64,000 bases of DNA, from the NCBI GenBank assembly GCA_963817895.1, contig CAWFQB010000002.1:352001-416000 (forward strand), written 5' to 3'. This stretch comes from an uncultured Chthonomonadaceae bacterium (GTDB lineage Bacteria; Armatimonadota; Chthonomonadetes; Chthonomonadales; Chthonomonadaceae). Within the stretch, counting starts at the first letter, position 1. Every line of letters starts with the position of its first letter. Positions 45,735 through 55,515 of the stretch are shown here, piece by piece. The position numbers and the translations under genes are program-made. A model generated the notes under the pieces. That model worked only from the letters and a program-made list of their open reading frames with translations, was not told where the DNA came from and ran no database searches.

Positions 45735-47285
45735 ATGCGCGGTTTCAAAACCTCTGTTGCCCTTGCTCTGCTGATTGTGTGTCTGTCAGGAATAGCGGCG
45801 CGTGGCCGGGCGCAAAACGATCCCAATAGCGACCCCAACATCGTTCCCAATGCGCTGCCGTATACGCTGACGTTTACTCCGATGACGTATGCGCCGAGTA
45901 CGCGGTATGCGGCTCTGCCCGCGCTGCACTCTTATCGCTCGGTTGTCACAAAAGACGGGAAGTGGCTGGTTCTGGGCGGACGCTACAATGCCGGTCTGCA
46001 CACGTTCAAAACGCCGGTGGCGGGCGTGAACAACTTTTCCAGCCCCAATAAATGGCTGTGGGTGATTGACCCGGAAAAGGGCGTGTTGGGCAAGTTCGAC
46101 GTGACGACCCTGCCGCCCGGCATGGCGCCGCTGTTTCAGGCGACCAATCAGGAGTCCTACTACGACCGCGCTAACGACCGGTTGTACGTGGTGGGCGGCT
46201 ACGGTCTGAATGGACAGGGCAGCTACGTCACGTTTAGCGCCATGATGCGCTTTTCGCCGACACTGGTGATTCAGGAGATACTCAGCGCGGACAGCAATGC
46301 CGTGAAGTCGCAGAAAATTCAGGGGATGGTGCAGCAGTTGCAGGACGACAATCTTGCGGTTACAGGCGGCGAGATGTTTCGGCTGAACGGCGTGTTTTAC
46401 CTCACATTCGGGCAAAAAGCGTCAGGCAAATATGATGCGTTCGGTGGTTCGCTCAACCAACAATACACCCAACAGGTGCGCTACTTCACCCTCAACCCCA
46501 ACGCGCCCGGCCTGTCCTTTTTGACGTTGCCGGTGGGAACGGCGCAAAAGCCCGAGTATCATCGGCGCGATGGCAACATCATGTCCACCATTGACCCGCA
46601 AACCGGAAACCAGCAGATCGGCGTGTTTGGCGGCGTATTTCCCGATGGCGTTATCGGAGCGTTCCCCAATCCCATCTACATTTCGCAGGATCGCTCCATC
46701 GTCATAGACACGGCGAACCAGTATTTCAGCGCGTATAACTGCCCCGTGATCGTGGCCTATGACCCGACAGGCAAGCGGACGTACCATACGTTCTTCGGCG
46801 GTATCAGCCACTACTTCTACAGCGAAACCGCCGCGCAGCAGGTGGTCTACAAGCTGGCGACGGGACAGGGGCGCAACGATGGCCTGCCGTTTATTCGCGA
46901 CATCAGCACGTTTATCCGTAAGGGCGACGGCACATGCGAAGAGTGGATTCTGCCGTCTCCTGTTCCCGGCAGCCTGATGCAGGGAACCGGCGCGGCGTTC
47001 ATGCCGGTCGCCTCGCTGATTGGCGGCGCGCTGGATGAGGAGGGCATTGTGTGGCTGAACAAACTAGCGCCGGAAAGCAGCCAGACTATCGGCTATATCT
47101 ACGGCGGCATCACCGCCCTCAACCCGTTCCCGACGATTCCCAACACGGGTACATCGGGAAGCAATACGGTCTACAAAGTGACGCTGAACATGTCGCCTTC
47201 CGGCGCGATTCCGGTGTCCAAAGCGACAGCGGCAGTGTCTAACGGCACGCCGCCTTTTACCCCGCCCGCTGCGGCGAACCGGTAA
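45735..47285 (+). CDS. Secreted protein, probable Kelch-like beta-propeller
   Basis: Signal peptide; recurrent hydrophobic-GG motifs (VLGG, VVGG, VTGG, VFGG, FFGG, IYGG). Confidence 0.7.
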   Translation: MRGFKTSVALALLIVCLSGIAARGRAQNDPNSDPNIVPNALPYTLTFTPMTYAPSTRYAALPALHSYRSVVTKDGKWLVLGGRYNAGLHTFKTPVAGVNNFSSPNKWLWVIDPEKGVLGKFDVTTLPPGMAPLFQATNQESYYDRANDRLYVVGGYGLNGQGSYVTFSAMMRFSPTLVIQEILSADSNAVKSQKIQGMVQQLQDDNLAVTGGEMFRLNGVFYLTFGQKASGKYDAFGGSLNQQYTQQVRYFTLNPNAPGLSFLTLPVGTAQKPEYHRRDGNIMSTIDPQTGNQQIGVFGGVFPDGVIGAFPNPIYISQDRSIVIDTANQYFSAYNCPVIVAYDPTGKRTYHTFFGGISHYFYSETAAQQVVYKLATGQGRNDGLPFIRDISTFIRKGDGTCEEWILPSPVPGSLMQGTGAAFMPVASLIGGALDEEGIVWLNKLAPESSQTIGYIYGGITALNPFPTIPNTGTSGSNTVYKVTLNMSPSGAIPVSKATAAVSNGTPPFTPPAAANR

Positions 47286-47297
47286 TGAATCCAACCG

Positions 47298-47537
47298 CTA
47301 TTCGTCTTCCGGCGCAATGTCCTCATCACCGCCGCCGAGCAGACTGCGGGCCTGCTGCAAGCGTTGAGAAGCCGCGTCGCCGCCCGCTTTGAGTTTCTCA
47401 ATATCGGTCAGCGACAGGTACACTTTCGCCGCGCCCTCCAGATCGGCGCCCTTCAAATCCAGCACGATCCACCCGTCCGGGTCGGTCTTGCCTTTGAATG
47501 TGCCGGTGAACTTGATACGGTTTTTGGGGAAAAGCAA
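47298..47537 (-). CDS. Small hypothetical protein or 5'-truncated fragment at the island edge
   Basis: Host-like GC-rich codons; TTG start next to the switch to AT-rich DNA. Confidence 0.45.
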   Translation of the reverse strand: MLFPKNRIKFTGTFKGKTDPDGWIVLDLKGADLEGAAKVYLSLTDIEKLKAGGDAASQRLQQARSLLGGGDEDIAPEDE

Positions 47538-47822
47538 CGGAGTTCCTCTGCGTGGCTAAAATAAGGGAGTCACATCTGCTACGAAAGTCTTTTGGTGGTT
47601 TCTTTGTACGCAGAAATAGTCGTCATCTTGTGAAGCGAGGTTTCATAAACGCCATACTGATGTAGTAACCCAAGTTGCTACCTTAAACCGTGTTTGAGAT
47701 AGCAACGTACCAAAAGTAGCAATATTCGCCAGAATCTTCCAGATGAGAATTAAGGTAGCAAATTGAATTAGTAGAATATATTAAAAACTATAACTTAGTT
47801 CTTGTTGTTGACGATGAATCTA

Positions 47823-49625
47823 CTAAAAACTGGTCGCATCAAATCGGCGTGAAGTCGTTTTTAGAAGCAAGGTGACAACTATATAGAGTGTCACGGCGAT
47901 TACAACAGTTATCCCACCAATTGCATAGATGCCTGGATTAAATCCTGACTTCATCTTGCCATTGATATACAAGCTTAACATTTGATTTGAACCGCTTAAG
48001 AATGATGACCTTACATAGTCATTAACCGAAAGCAAAATACCGATAATAAATGCACTGACGATGCCAGGCCATGTCAAACTAAAGAGAACTCGACGGCAGA
48101 TAAAGACTCGTGAGGCTCCCATTTCTCGTGCAACTGCAAACAATGTAGGATTCACACTACTATTCACAGCAAAAATAACTGCAACGCAAAAAGGTAACGC
48201 CCAAGCTATATGTGATGCAGCCACAAGTATAAGTGAGGCACCTTTCATGCCGCAGGATTTGTAAATCTTTTGTATTGCTTGAACGTAAGAATTTGCTGGC
48301 AGGAGAACTAATATACTTAGTCCACAAATTACAACAAAGCGCCACAACTGGTGCCACCATACCAATCCAATAATAAATGCCAAGGTTGCACAGAGAAACC
48401 CGACCGGCAACGCTATTTCAAGTGAGTTAATCCATGCTTGTCTTAACGTATCTCCTTCAAATACCTTCCAATACCAATGTAAACTCAACTCAAACTTTGA
48501 ACTGTTAATTACTCTATATGGCGCAATTGAAAGTATTAAGATCGAGCATACCGGTGAGAGTAGGAATAGCATGATTGCCGCCACTATTCCCCCTTCTAGG
48601 AGCGAAGAGGTAACTTGCCTGTAGTGTTGATGCACTGCCCTTATGGAAGGAATAAAAGTCTCAACATCATTCATTTTTCCAAGTTCGTTAGGTTGGTGTT
48701 CTGAAAGGGTGTTGCTGTCTGGGATAGACCTGCCTACATGGCGGAATAATAAACATCCCAACGCACCGCTGACCAGAAAACAAGCTATAAGTAACGAACT
48801 GAGAGCATGTACCGCAGCAAATTTGTTAGCGCTTTGCAGACCATTAATGAAAGCACTCAGACTTCTGTCTTGCTTTTCAAGTAGGGAAGGCTCCACAGAG
48901 TTTCCGAAAGCTAACCAGAAGGCGCAGAACCATCCAAAAAGAATACCGGGTGCAGCTACAGGTAGAACAATGCGGACGAGTCTCGTACCAGTATTGGCAC
49001 CTATTTCATCGCAGGCTATCCAAAAGCTGTTGCGGCTACTGGGTAAAGCAAGAACCACAGGAAAAACAACGAACGGCAGGGTGGCTGCTATTAAAGTGAT
49101 TACAATAGAAGTCCGAGTGTAAATCAGCCATCGAAGTGGGGTAGCATGTGGGATGGTTGAAGTCAAGAATGAGTTTACAAATCCATTAAGATTGAGAAGA
49201 TGCAACCATCCATATGAACGTGATGTGGCATTTACCAGAAATGGAACATTGAGTGTCATTAACAATGTCCACCGCCAGATTGCTGATTTGCGACGAACAA
49301 TAAAATCTGCAAGTGCTATGCCAATTATAATATCAATTGTGGCTACAATTACGCCCCGAAACACGAGTTCTGATAAAGCTGTGACATACTGCGGTTGAAG
49401 AATTTCCTTATACCCTTGCGTCGAACCCCATCCTACCTGCCGCAACCCATCCCAAGTTACCAAACTCTCGTGAAGGACTACAAACATGGGTATCAGACAC
49501 AAAAATAGAAGGCAGAGGCATGGAATAATAGCCATCGCACTATGCCAAAAGTTTCGGTAGCTATCTTTCATCTCACTCCTCAGAATAAACTCATGTGCCT
49601 GATCTACTATATGCAGATCAGGCAC
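47823..49625 (-). CDS. ABC permease, fused PotB+PotC-like domains
   Basis: Two permease halves, each with an EAA-like loop (IACDEIGA; VAREMGAS) and conserved LP(F) segments. Confidence 0.82.
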   Translation of the reverse strand: MPDLHIVDQAHEFILRSEMKDSYRNFWHSAMAIIPCLCLLFLCLIPMFVVLHESLVTWDGLRQVGWGSTQGYKEILQPQYVTALSELVFRGVIVATIDIIIGIALADFIVRRKSAIWRWTLLMTLNVPFLVNATSRSYGWLHLLNLNGFVNSFLTSTIPHATPLRWLIYTRTSIVITLIAATLPFVVFPVVLALPSSRNSFWIACDEIGANTGTRLVRIVLPVAAPGILFGWFCAFWLAFGNSVEPSLLEKQDRSLSAFINGLQSANKFAAVHALSSLLIACFLVSGALGCLLFRHVGRSIPDSNTLSEHQPNELGKMNDVETFIPSIRAVHQHYRQVTSSLLEGGIVAAIMLFLLSPVCSILILSIAPYRVINSSKFELSLHWYWKVFEGDTLRQAWINSLEIALPVGFLCATLAFIIGLVWWHQLWRFVVICGLSILVLLPANSYVQAIQKIYKSCGMKGASLILVAASHIAWALPFCVAVIFAVNSSVNPTLFAVAREMGASRVFICRRVLFSLTWPGIVSAFIIGILLSVNDYVRSSFLSGSNQMLSLYINGKMKSGFNPGIYAIGGITVVIAVTLYIVVTLLLKTTSRRFDATSF

Positions 49626-49637
49626 ACACTTGTGACG

Positions 49638-50849
49638 TCAAGCACTACGTAGCTTGCTCCACCACTCCTCATACAACTTATACTCCTTCGGCCGAGAGTT
49701 CTGCCAAAATGCCTGTCCACCTTGCTTCAGGAACTTGTCATGAACATGCTGTGCAGTCGCAGCTATGACTTTCGAGTCGAATTCTGATGGATTCTTGCCG
49801 GCGTAATCCACAGCCTTGTCCGTTGGGACAACATAGCCCCTGAGTTTAGACAATGCACACCCATAATACCCCCCCAACTCCCAGTTGGCAAACTGGTGCG
49901 CCAAATCTATTAGGTCACGAGACTTTGCGCCCGTGTGCAAAATCAGATCGTTGGACCAGCCCTCATACCCTTCTTTGGGTACAGCATACTGAGCATTCAC
50001 TCCGGCTTTCTGAGCAGCAAGAACAATAGGCTCCCACCCGGTCATTACCCACACCTCTTGGCTCTTTATGAGCTGTAGGCCGTCTTCCCATCCGTTCCAA
50101 AGACGGCGAAATTGACCGTCCTTTTTTTTCTTGATTAGAAACTCCATAACCACTCCGAGTTCATCGGGAGTAAGGTTACCAGGATCTTGAATTTTCGAGA
50201 TGGCGTTTTGTTTGAGATAGATCGCCGTGAAAATAGCACTGTTGATCCAAGCATCCTCCATTGAGGTCTTGCCCTTTAGTTTAGGATCAAATACAGCGGC
50301 ATAACTGTCAATTTTACCTACCTTATCGGGAAGGTAAATCATGGAGTCGGCATTGATAACGATTGGTAAACCGTATTGTTTTCCGTCGTATTTGGCATGG
50401 CGAATGTCTTGAGCCCAAGGCCAGACCGCCTGCCAGTTGGGAATTTTAGTTAAATCCCATGGAAGAATTTTGCCTGCTTGTGCCAGTTCTGCTTCAGCCC
50501 CACCTTGTAGACCGCCCAAGTCAAAGTCGTCAGCTACTGTGCCTGAGACCATCTGAGTAACAACTGGTCCTGCATCGTTGTTGTTGTCCTTGAACGTTAG
50601 TTTAACGTGCAAGTCCTGTTGTGCTTGTGCCCACGACTCAAGGTTGAGGGTGCCAGTACCGTACAACTTGAGTTCACGGATGCTGGTTACAAGCTTATCA
50701 GATGTAGCCGTACCAGAGTGGTTGTCGCCTCCACGACAACCACTCATTACTGCTGCAAGGCCGATGCCTGAATAGCCGAGTCGGCGAAGTAGGTCACGTC
50801 TTGATATATTGGAGTCGTAACCATGGTGCTGATCTTTGGGTAAGGTCAT
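49638..50849 (-). CDS. PotD/PotF-like substrate-binding protein with Tat-lipoprotein signal
   Basis: SRRDLL twin-Arg, MSGC lipobox; YAVPKEG and FDPKLKGK motifs. Confidence 0.85.
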   Translation of the reverse strand: MTLPKDQHHGYDSNISRRDLLRRLGYSGIGLAAVMSGCRGGDNHSGTATSDKLVTSIRELKLYGTGTLNLESWAQAQQDLHVKLTFKDNNNDAGPVVTQMVSGTVADDFDLGGLQGGAEAELAQAGKILPWDLTKIPNWQAVWPWAQDIRHAKYDGKQYGLPIVINADSMIYLPDKVGKIDSYAAVFDPKLKGKTSMEDAWINSAIFTAIYLKQNAISKIQDPGNLTPDELGVVMEFLIKKKKDGQFRRLWNGWEDGLQLIKSQEVWVMTGWEPIVLAAQKAGVNAQYAVPKEGYEGWSNDLILHTGAKSRDLIDLAHQFANWELGGYYGCALSKLRGYVVPTDKAVDYAGKNPSEFDSKVIAATAQHVHDKFLKQGGQAFWQNSRPKEYKLYEEWWSKLRSA

Positions 50850-50982
50850 CTTAATCCTCCTAAAAACTTTCTAAGTAGACCGAGGGCTAAAGTTCGTAGA
50901 TTTTACATCTCGAAAAACTACGAACTTAGTCCAATGCCCGCCTTAGTTCAACTCAATCCTTGTTCAATCCCTACATTGTTTA

Positions 50983-52131
50983 TCATGTCTGTAGTGGTAC
51001 CGCATAAGCATCAGACAAAGAGAATGAGAATGATATGGGGTCGCCGGGATTGTACTCTACTTCCATCACACGTCGCGGCACATCACAAATGACTAAGTGC
51101 TTATCAATTTGTCCAAGCATGGTAATGTGGATGCGCTTATAAAATCCGCGGAACTGCACAGTACGCACAATTCCACTAAGGTTGATGTAATTATTATTGT
51201 TATTACGTAAACAAATATCCTCTGCCCTAACTAAAATGGCACATTGTTTGTCATATATATGGTTATATTCTTGAGGCAGATGCAACACAACGTTTAAATG
51301 GGCAGATGTGAATTTGCCACTAAGGTCGCATTCACCCTCCAATATAGTATGACCGTCCAAAATTCTTGCGGCTTCCACACATGGCGGGCGTAATACTATA
51401 TCCTCTGTGTTGCCGTAAGCAATTAATTTTCCATGATTTATTATTGCTAAATGACTACATAGCGACATAGCGAAGTCATGATCATGTGTAACGGTAAGAA
51501 TTGTGGGACGGTTATTCCCATTGGAAACTTCTGTTAGCAACAGAGCCAAGTTGCTTTTCTGCTCTGCATCTAGTGACGCTGTTGGCTCATCCAAAAGTAG
51601 AATGGATGGTTGCATAATAAATGCTCTAGCTAAAGCAGTACGTTGTTTCTCTCCTCCACTAATACTAACTGGTTTATGAAATCTTTGATCCCATATACCG
51701 AAACGCTTCAAGTATTCATTCACGCGGGCTTCAGGAGTTGCTTTTATTTCAGTTGGAATGGCATTTTGACGTTTTAATATTTTGAAAAGTTTCAAGAACA
51801 CATCTCTGATGCTCTTCCTGGAAACAGTCAACGGGAACTCTACATTTTTAAAAACAGTGAGATTGGGAAACAGAGCGTGATCCTGAAATACAGTTATGAC
51901 GCTACGTTCGCCAGGTACATGCTGAGTTATATCACAACTGTCAAGTAAAATATTACCATTAGATACTGGAAGGTGTCCTGCTACAATACTCAGCAGTGAG
52001 GTTTTACCTGCACCACTAGGCCCTATAATGCCAACATGTGCACCTTTTTCAACTTTCAAATTTATATCGTCAAGCTGAAATTTATTGTAACCATAGCTAT
52101 AAGACACCTTCCTAATTTCAAGGTAAGCCAC
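50983..52131 (-). CDS. PotA-like ABC ATPase with TOBE tail
   Basis: GPSGAGKT, VFQDHALFP, ISGGEKQR, LLLDEP and VTHD motifs. Confidence 0.9.
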   Translation of the reverse strand: MAYLEIRKVSYSYGYNKFQLDDINLKVEKGAHVGIIGPSGAGKTSLLSIVAGHLPVSNGNILLDSCDITQHVPGERSVITVFQDHALFPNLTVFKNVEFPLTVSRKSIRDVFLKLFKILKRQNAIPTEIKATPEARVNEYLKRFGIWDQRFHKPVSISGGEKQRTALARAFIMQPSILLLDEPTASLDAEQKSNLALLLTEVSNGNNRPTILTVTHDHDFAMSLCSHLAIINHGKLIAYGNTEDIVLRPPCVEAARILDGHTILEGECDLSGKFTSAHLNVVLHLPQEYNHIYDKQCAILVRAEDICLRNNNNNYINLSGIVRTVQFRGFYKRIHITMLGQIDKHLVICDVPRRVMEVEYNPGDPISFSFSLSDAYAVPLQT

Positions 52132-52768
52132 TAGTATTCTCCATTTTTGGATCTACAATGATGTATGGTAATCGTTGCTTCGCTACAGGTAGCAGTTCAA
52201 GGTACTTTCCTTCATAGATTGCAACAATTATATCCATCTCTGCGGCAGGCCCAAATTCTAAATCAACTATGTTCTGGTCTGCAATAAAGAGCTTCATTGC
52301 AATTTCTTCAATGATGTAAGGTGCAAGACGTACCATCATGGGATGTCGTTTGCTCGAAATTCCATGCTGGCGTAGTAAGGGCTGGAGATTCCGAAATATC
52401 TGGTTGTGACAATGACTCGCGAACTCTCGCGAATGTGTATACACATTATTTACTGTCTCCAGATAATATATGAAGTTAGGTAAATTTGCATAATTAGTCC
52501 ACGAATTTATTTTTATATTGGGAAGATTTGAAGCCATCAATGCTGAACTTAAATCTTTGCAACGCTTCTGAACGTGCGCTTCAGCAGAAGCGATTGAAAG
52601 GTGGCAAAGATGTGACTGATTGGTTATTTCTGGTTTGTCAAGAAGACAAATAATTAGCTCATCGCACATACTCTGTGTATGCCGTGCAACATAACTCAAA
52701 TAATGTGGTGTCATGACGTACGCGCCTAGACTAACTAAGATTATACCTTCTTTTTTATTATTTATCAT
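52118..52768 (-). CDS. Divergent tRNA-dependent cyclodipeptide synthase (CDPS)-like protein
   Basis: 216 aa; IILVSLG (cf. GxS motif), IICLLD....N, W...Y...V...Y....EF...C, YIIEEIA (cf. YxxxExP). Confidence 0.6.
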   Translation of the reverse strand: MINNKKEGIILVSLGAYVMTPHYLSYVARHTQSMCDELIICLLDKPEITNQSHLCHLSIASAEAHVQKRCKDLSSALMASNLPNIKINSWTNYANLPNFIYYLETVNNVYTHSREFASHCHNQIFRNLQPLLRQHGISSKRHPMMVRLAPYIIEEIAMKLFIADQNIVDLEFGPAAEMDIIVAIYEGKYLELLPVAKQRLPYIIVDPKMENTSGLP

Positions 52769-54587
52769 CGATATGCCTCGAGTAGAATGTGTTTATTGTT
52801 GCGTACTTTTGCCAGAATCTGTGTGGACGTCCGTCATTTTTATAGTTTTTCCATTGTTGTGGATCCGATATGCTGACCGCGCCTTTATCGAACAAATTCC
52901 TTTTAGCAATTTGGCTGAGACCAGCCGCATTTGCTATATTTGCATCAAAGCAGGATTGAATCTTATCCAAGCTCCTTACATTGTGGAAGTTGGCCCCACT
53001 TAAGTCTGCAAACTCAAAATTTGCGCCTCGTAATGATGTAAAACTGAAGTTAACATAACGCGCTGATATAAAACTGAGGTTCGCGTCATCAAGAAGGGCA
53101 TTTTGAAAGTTCGCACCATCAAGATTGGCTCCCTTAAAATCAGAAAACTGTAGATGGGCCATCTGAAGGAAAGCATTCTGAAAAGAGGCATTAAGAAAGA
53201 AAGCTCCAACACCAAGTGGATGTTCATCACTGTCCGCATGAACATTACTCAAATCGGCATCATCAAAGCAGGCGTTAAAGAACTTAGCCCCGTCGATGCG
53301 TGAGCCACGTAATCTTGTCATGCGTAAGTCACAGTTACGAAAATCCGCGTTTGTGAGAATAGTATCAACTAAATAAGCTTCGACAAGAGAAGAGTGTTCA
53401 AAGATAGCATTTGTTAAGCGTGCGTTGGAGAAATCAGCATCATCCAGAATAGACAACGCAAATGTTGAATTTTGAAGATTTGCTCCCTTAAATAATCCTC
53501 CCTCAACATAGCTTCGTTGAAAACTGGCACCAACTAAATTGTAGTATTCAAGATTTAGTTTTGCGAAGCGCGTCCTTTCAAACAATTGTGCAGGATTATC
53601 ATACTTATTGCGCACAGATTGTAATGGCTTTGACCACACCCAAGCCAAGCCATTTCGAGACGTTTCACTACGTTTAGGTTGACCTACTCCATACCAACTT
53701 TCGGGACGTATGGTAGTTAGCATGTCTACAACCGCCTCGGACTTATCAGGTGATAGCATCGATGCTACATTTTCAGTACGGTTCTTTTTTTCATGTAATG
53801 GGCGCATACTCCTAGCTTGTAGTTCTTCAAGAGTAACAGGAACTCCACGCTTCATAAACGTTTGTACGAGATGTTTAACTTCATCTGCGTAAAGGGCATG
53901 AGTGTGCATACGTCCGCTCAATACTTCACGAACTCCATCTACTACATTGATGCGAACGGAGTCAGGTACTTGACGTGTCATCATAACTGGAACGCGACTA
54001 AGAGAAGCGATGCGTCGTTGCTCGGTTGTACTTCCAATGTCATCTGCCAGACGGGTAAAAGAGCGTTCAGCATTATCTATCATTGAAATACGATTTTGGA
54101 ATTGGTAAGTTAAAATAGCAACCAATATGCCGAAGGCACTGCCAACTGTGAGTAGTGCCTTGCCGAGCATTTGATAACCCTCCGGGCTACTAAAGCTCTT
54201 CCAAAAGTGTTGCCACCAACCTGCAAGCATACTTTTCTTCATGCGACACCACATACTGCGAAGAAGCACTGGTACATTGCTCTTTATTGAAACCCACACA
54301 TCTCCCATCTTCTTTCTACACTTTGCAAGTCCCTTTATGTGTGTAGATTTAAGCCGTATGATACTTGGCATAACTATTTTATTCATCTTGTTTTGATGAG
54401 GAGTTTGAGCAATTCTCTCATCTTGTATGTTCTGAGTTGCAGGTAGTTCAACCCGAATTACATTATTCGACGTTGTTTCAGGAATGACTACTTGAGATGA
54501 GACATGAACAGTATGAGTGTTGTTAGAGTTCCCATGTACCTCATCTCTATGTTGTGCTTCTACAGTATTTTTTTGTGAGTTTTCCAT
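52758..54587 (-). CDS. Membrane-anchored pentapeptide-repeat protein
   Basis: One TM helix; long run of A(D/N)(F/L)xx pentapeptides in the C-terminal half. Confidence 0.85.
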   Translation of the reverse strand: MENSQKNTVEAQHRDEVHGNSNNTHTVHVSSQVVIPETTSNNVIRVELPATQNIQDERIAQTPHQNKMNKIVMPSIIRLKSTHIKGLAKCRKKMGDVWVSIKSNVPVLLRSMWCRMKKSMLAGWWQHFWKSFSSPEGYQMLGKALLTVGSAFGILVAILTYQFQNRISMIDNAERSFTRLADDIGSTTEQRRIASLSRVPVMMTRQVPDSVRINVVDGVREVLSGRMHTHALYADEVKHLVQTFMKRGVPVTLEELQARSMRPLHEKKNRTENVASMLSPDKSEAVVDMLTTIRPESWYGVGQPKRSETSRNGLAWVWSKPLQSVRNKYDNPAQLFERTRFAKLNLEYYNLVGASFQRSYVEGGLFKGANLQNSTFALSILDDADFSNARLTNAIFEHSSLVEAYLVDTILTNADFRNCDLRMTRLRGSRIDGAKFFNACFDDADLSNVHADSDEHPLGVGAFFLNASFQNAFLQMAHLQFSDFKGANLDGANFQNALLDDANLSFISARYVNFSFTSLRGANFEFADLSGANFHNVRSLDKIQSCFDANIANAAGLSQIAKRNLFDKGAVSISDPQQWKNYKNDGRPHRFWQKYATINTFYSRHIDDK

Positions 54588-54753
54588 TCTAAACTCCCCA
54601 ATATTTAATCGCACTACAAACTCGAATGTTGTGACCTGCCTTCTATTGCTTCTACGCTCATAAAGTCCTAAGTAATTTTAACATGATATTCCTTAAAAAT
54701 CAATAGGTTTCCAATTTTTTTATCCGGTGGTGTATTTTGATCAACGTTAAACA

Positions 54754-55338
54754 CTAAAATATGCCATCACCAACCACTGTAATTATCCTCGCCAGCGACA
54801 TGACCGTGCCAAGACACCAGCGAACCGCGTCTATCAGGCGATGCCGCGTGATGTTCTTTTGTTCGATGAAATCGCCGTAGAATTGGTTCTGGTCAACGTA
54901 ACTGCCGAACTCGATCAGGGCGTCGGCAAACACAGGCGGGACGCCCACGCCGAGCGCGGTTAAAATGCGCGCGAACAGGTCGAGCGTGTTGGCGATGATT
55001 TTGCGCTCGTCGGCGGACTGCGATTGCAGCAGAAACAGTGTTTGCGAGATGTCAATCAGATAGACATTGCGCAGCGAGAGTTCCTTAAATTCCGCCTGAA
55101 TGTTCGCCAGTTTCAGAGCCGTTTGCGCAAGGCTGATGTCCGCGAAGAGAACAACCTGTCCATCAGCGATCAGCGGCTGCATTTGCCCGTCCTGCTCAAT
55201 GAGAAAGGTGAAAAAGTCGGGCCGGTCGCGCCTGCCGTCCAGCCGCAGGCCGGTCAAAAAGAAGGTTGCGGTGGACTCAGAATTGGCTTCGTTACCAGCT
55301 TCAAAGGGTAATGGGGTTGTATTTTCATCGGACTGCAT
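54754..55338 (-). CDS. Hypothetical protein
   Basis: Open ~194-aa frame with host-like codons; last codons lie in AT-rich DNA. Confidence 0.65.
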   Translation of the reverse strand: MQSDENTTPLPFEAGNEANSESTATFFLTGLRLDGRRDRPDFFTFLIEQDGQMQPLIADGQVVLFADISLAQTALKLANIQAEFKELSLRNVYLIDISQTLFLLQSQSADERKIIANTLDLFARILTALGVGVPPVFADALIEFGSYVDQNQFYGDFIEQKNITRHRLIDAVRWCLGTVMSLARIITVVGDGIF

Positions 55339-55412
55339 AATTTGTTCCTGATTTTGGTATACTCTCAACAAGCGAAATGAACGCGAGAATGTTGTTTGAC
55401 AGCGGCATTGCG

Positions 55413-55442
55413 TTGACAAAGAGTTGCGTGGTGCGTTATACT
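55413..55442 (+). promoter_or_regulatory. Possible sigma70 promoter for the aminotransferase
   Basis: TTGACA-N18-TATACT. Confidence 0.5.
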
Positions 55443-55515
55443 TATCGCAGTTTACCCAATTCTGTTGAGTTCCGCTTTCCCAATTTCAAGCCGCGAGAGA
55501 GAAACATAAAAATAC

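Larger units (their letters stand above)
47570..54790. other. AT-rich, probably horizontally acquired island (~7.2 kb)
   Basis: Abrupt visible drop in GC and loss of shadow ORFs; five co-oriented genes; no integrase seen. Confidence 0.8.

Noticed and set aside
47570..54790. Prophage or integrative element explaining the AT-rich island
   Set aside because: No integrase, tRNA, att-like direct repeats or phage genes seen
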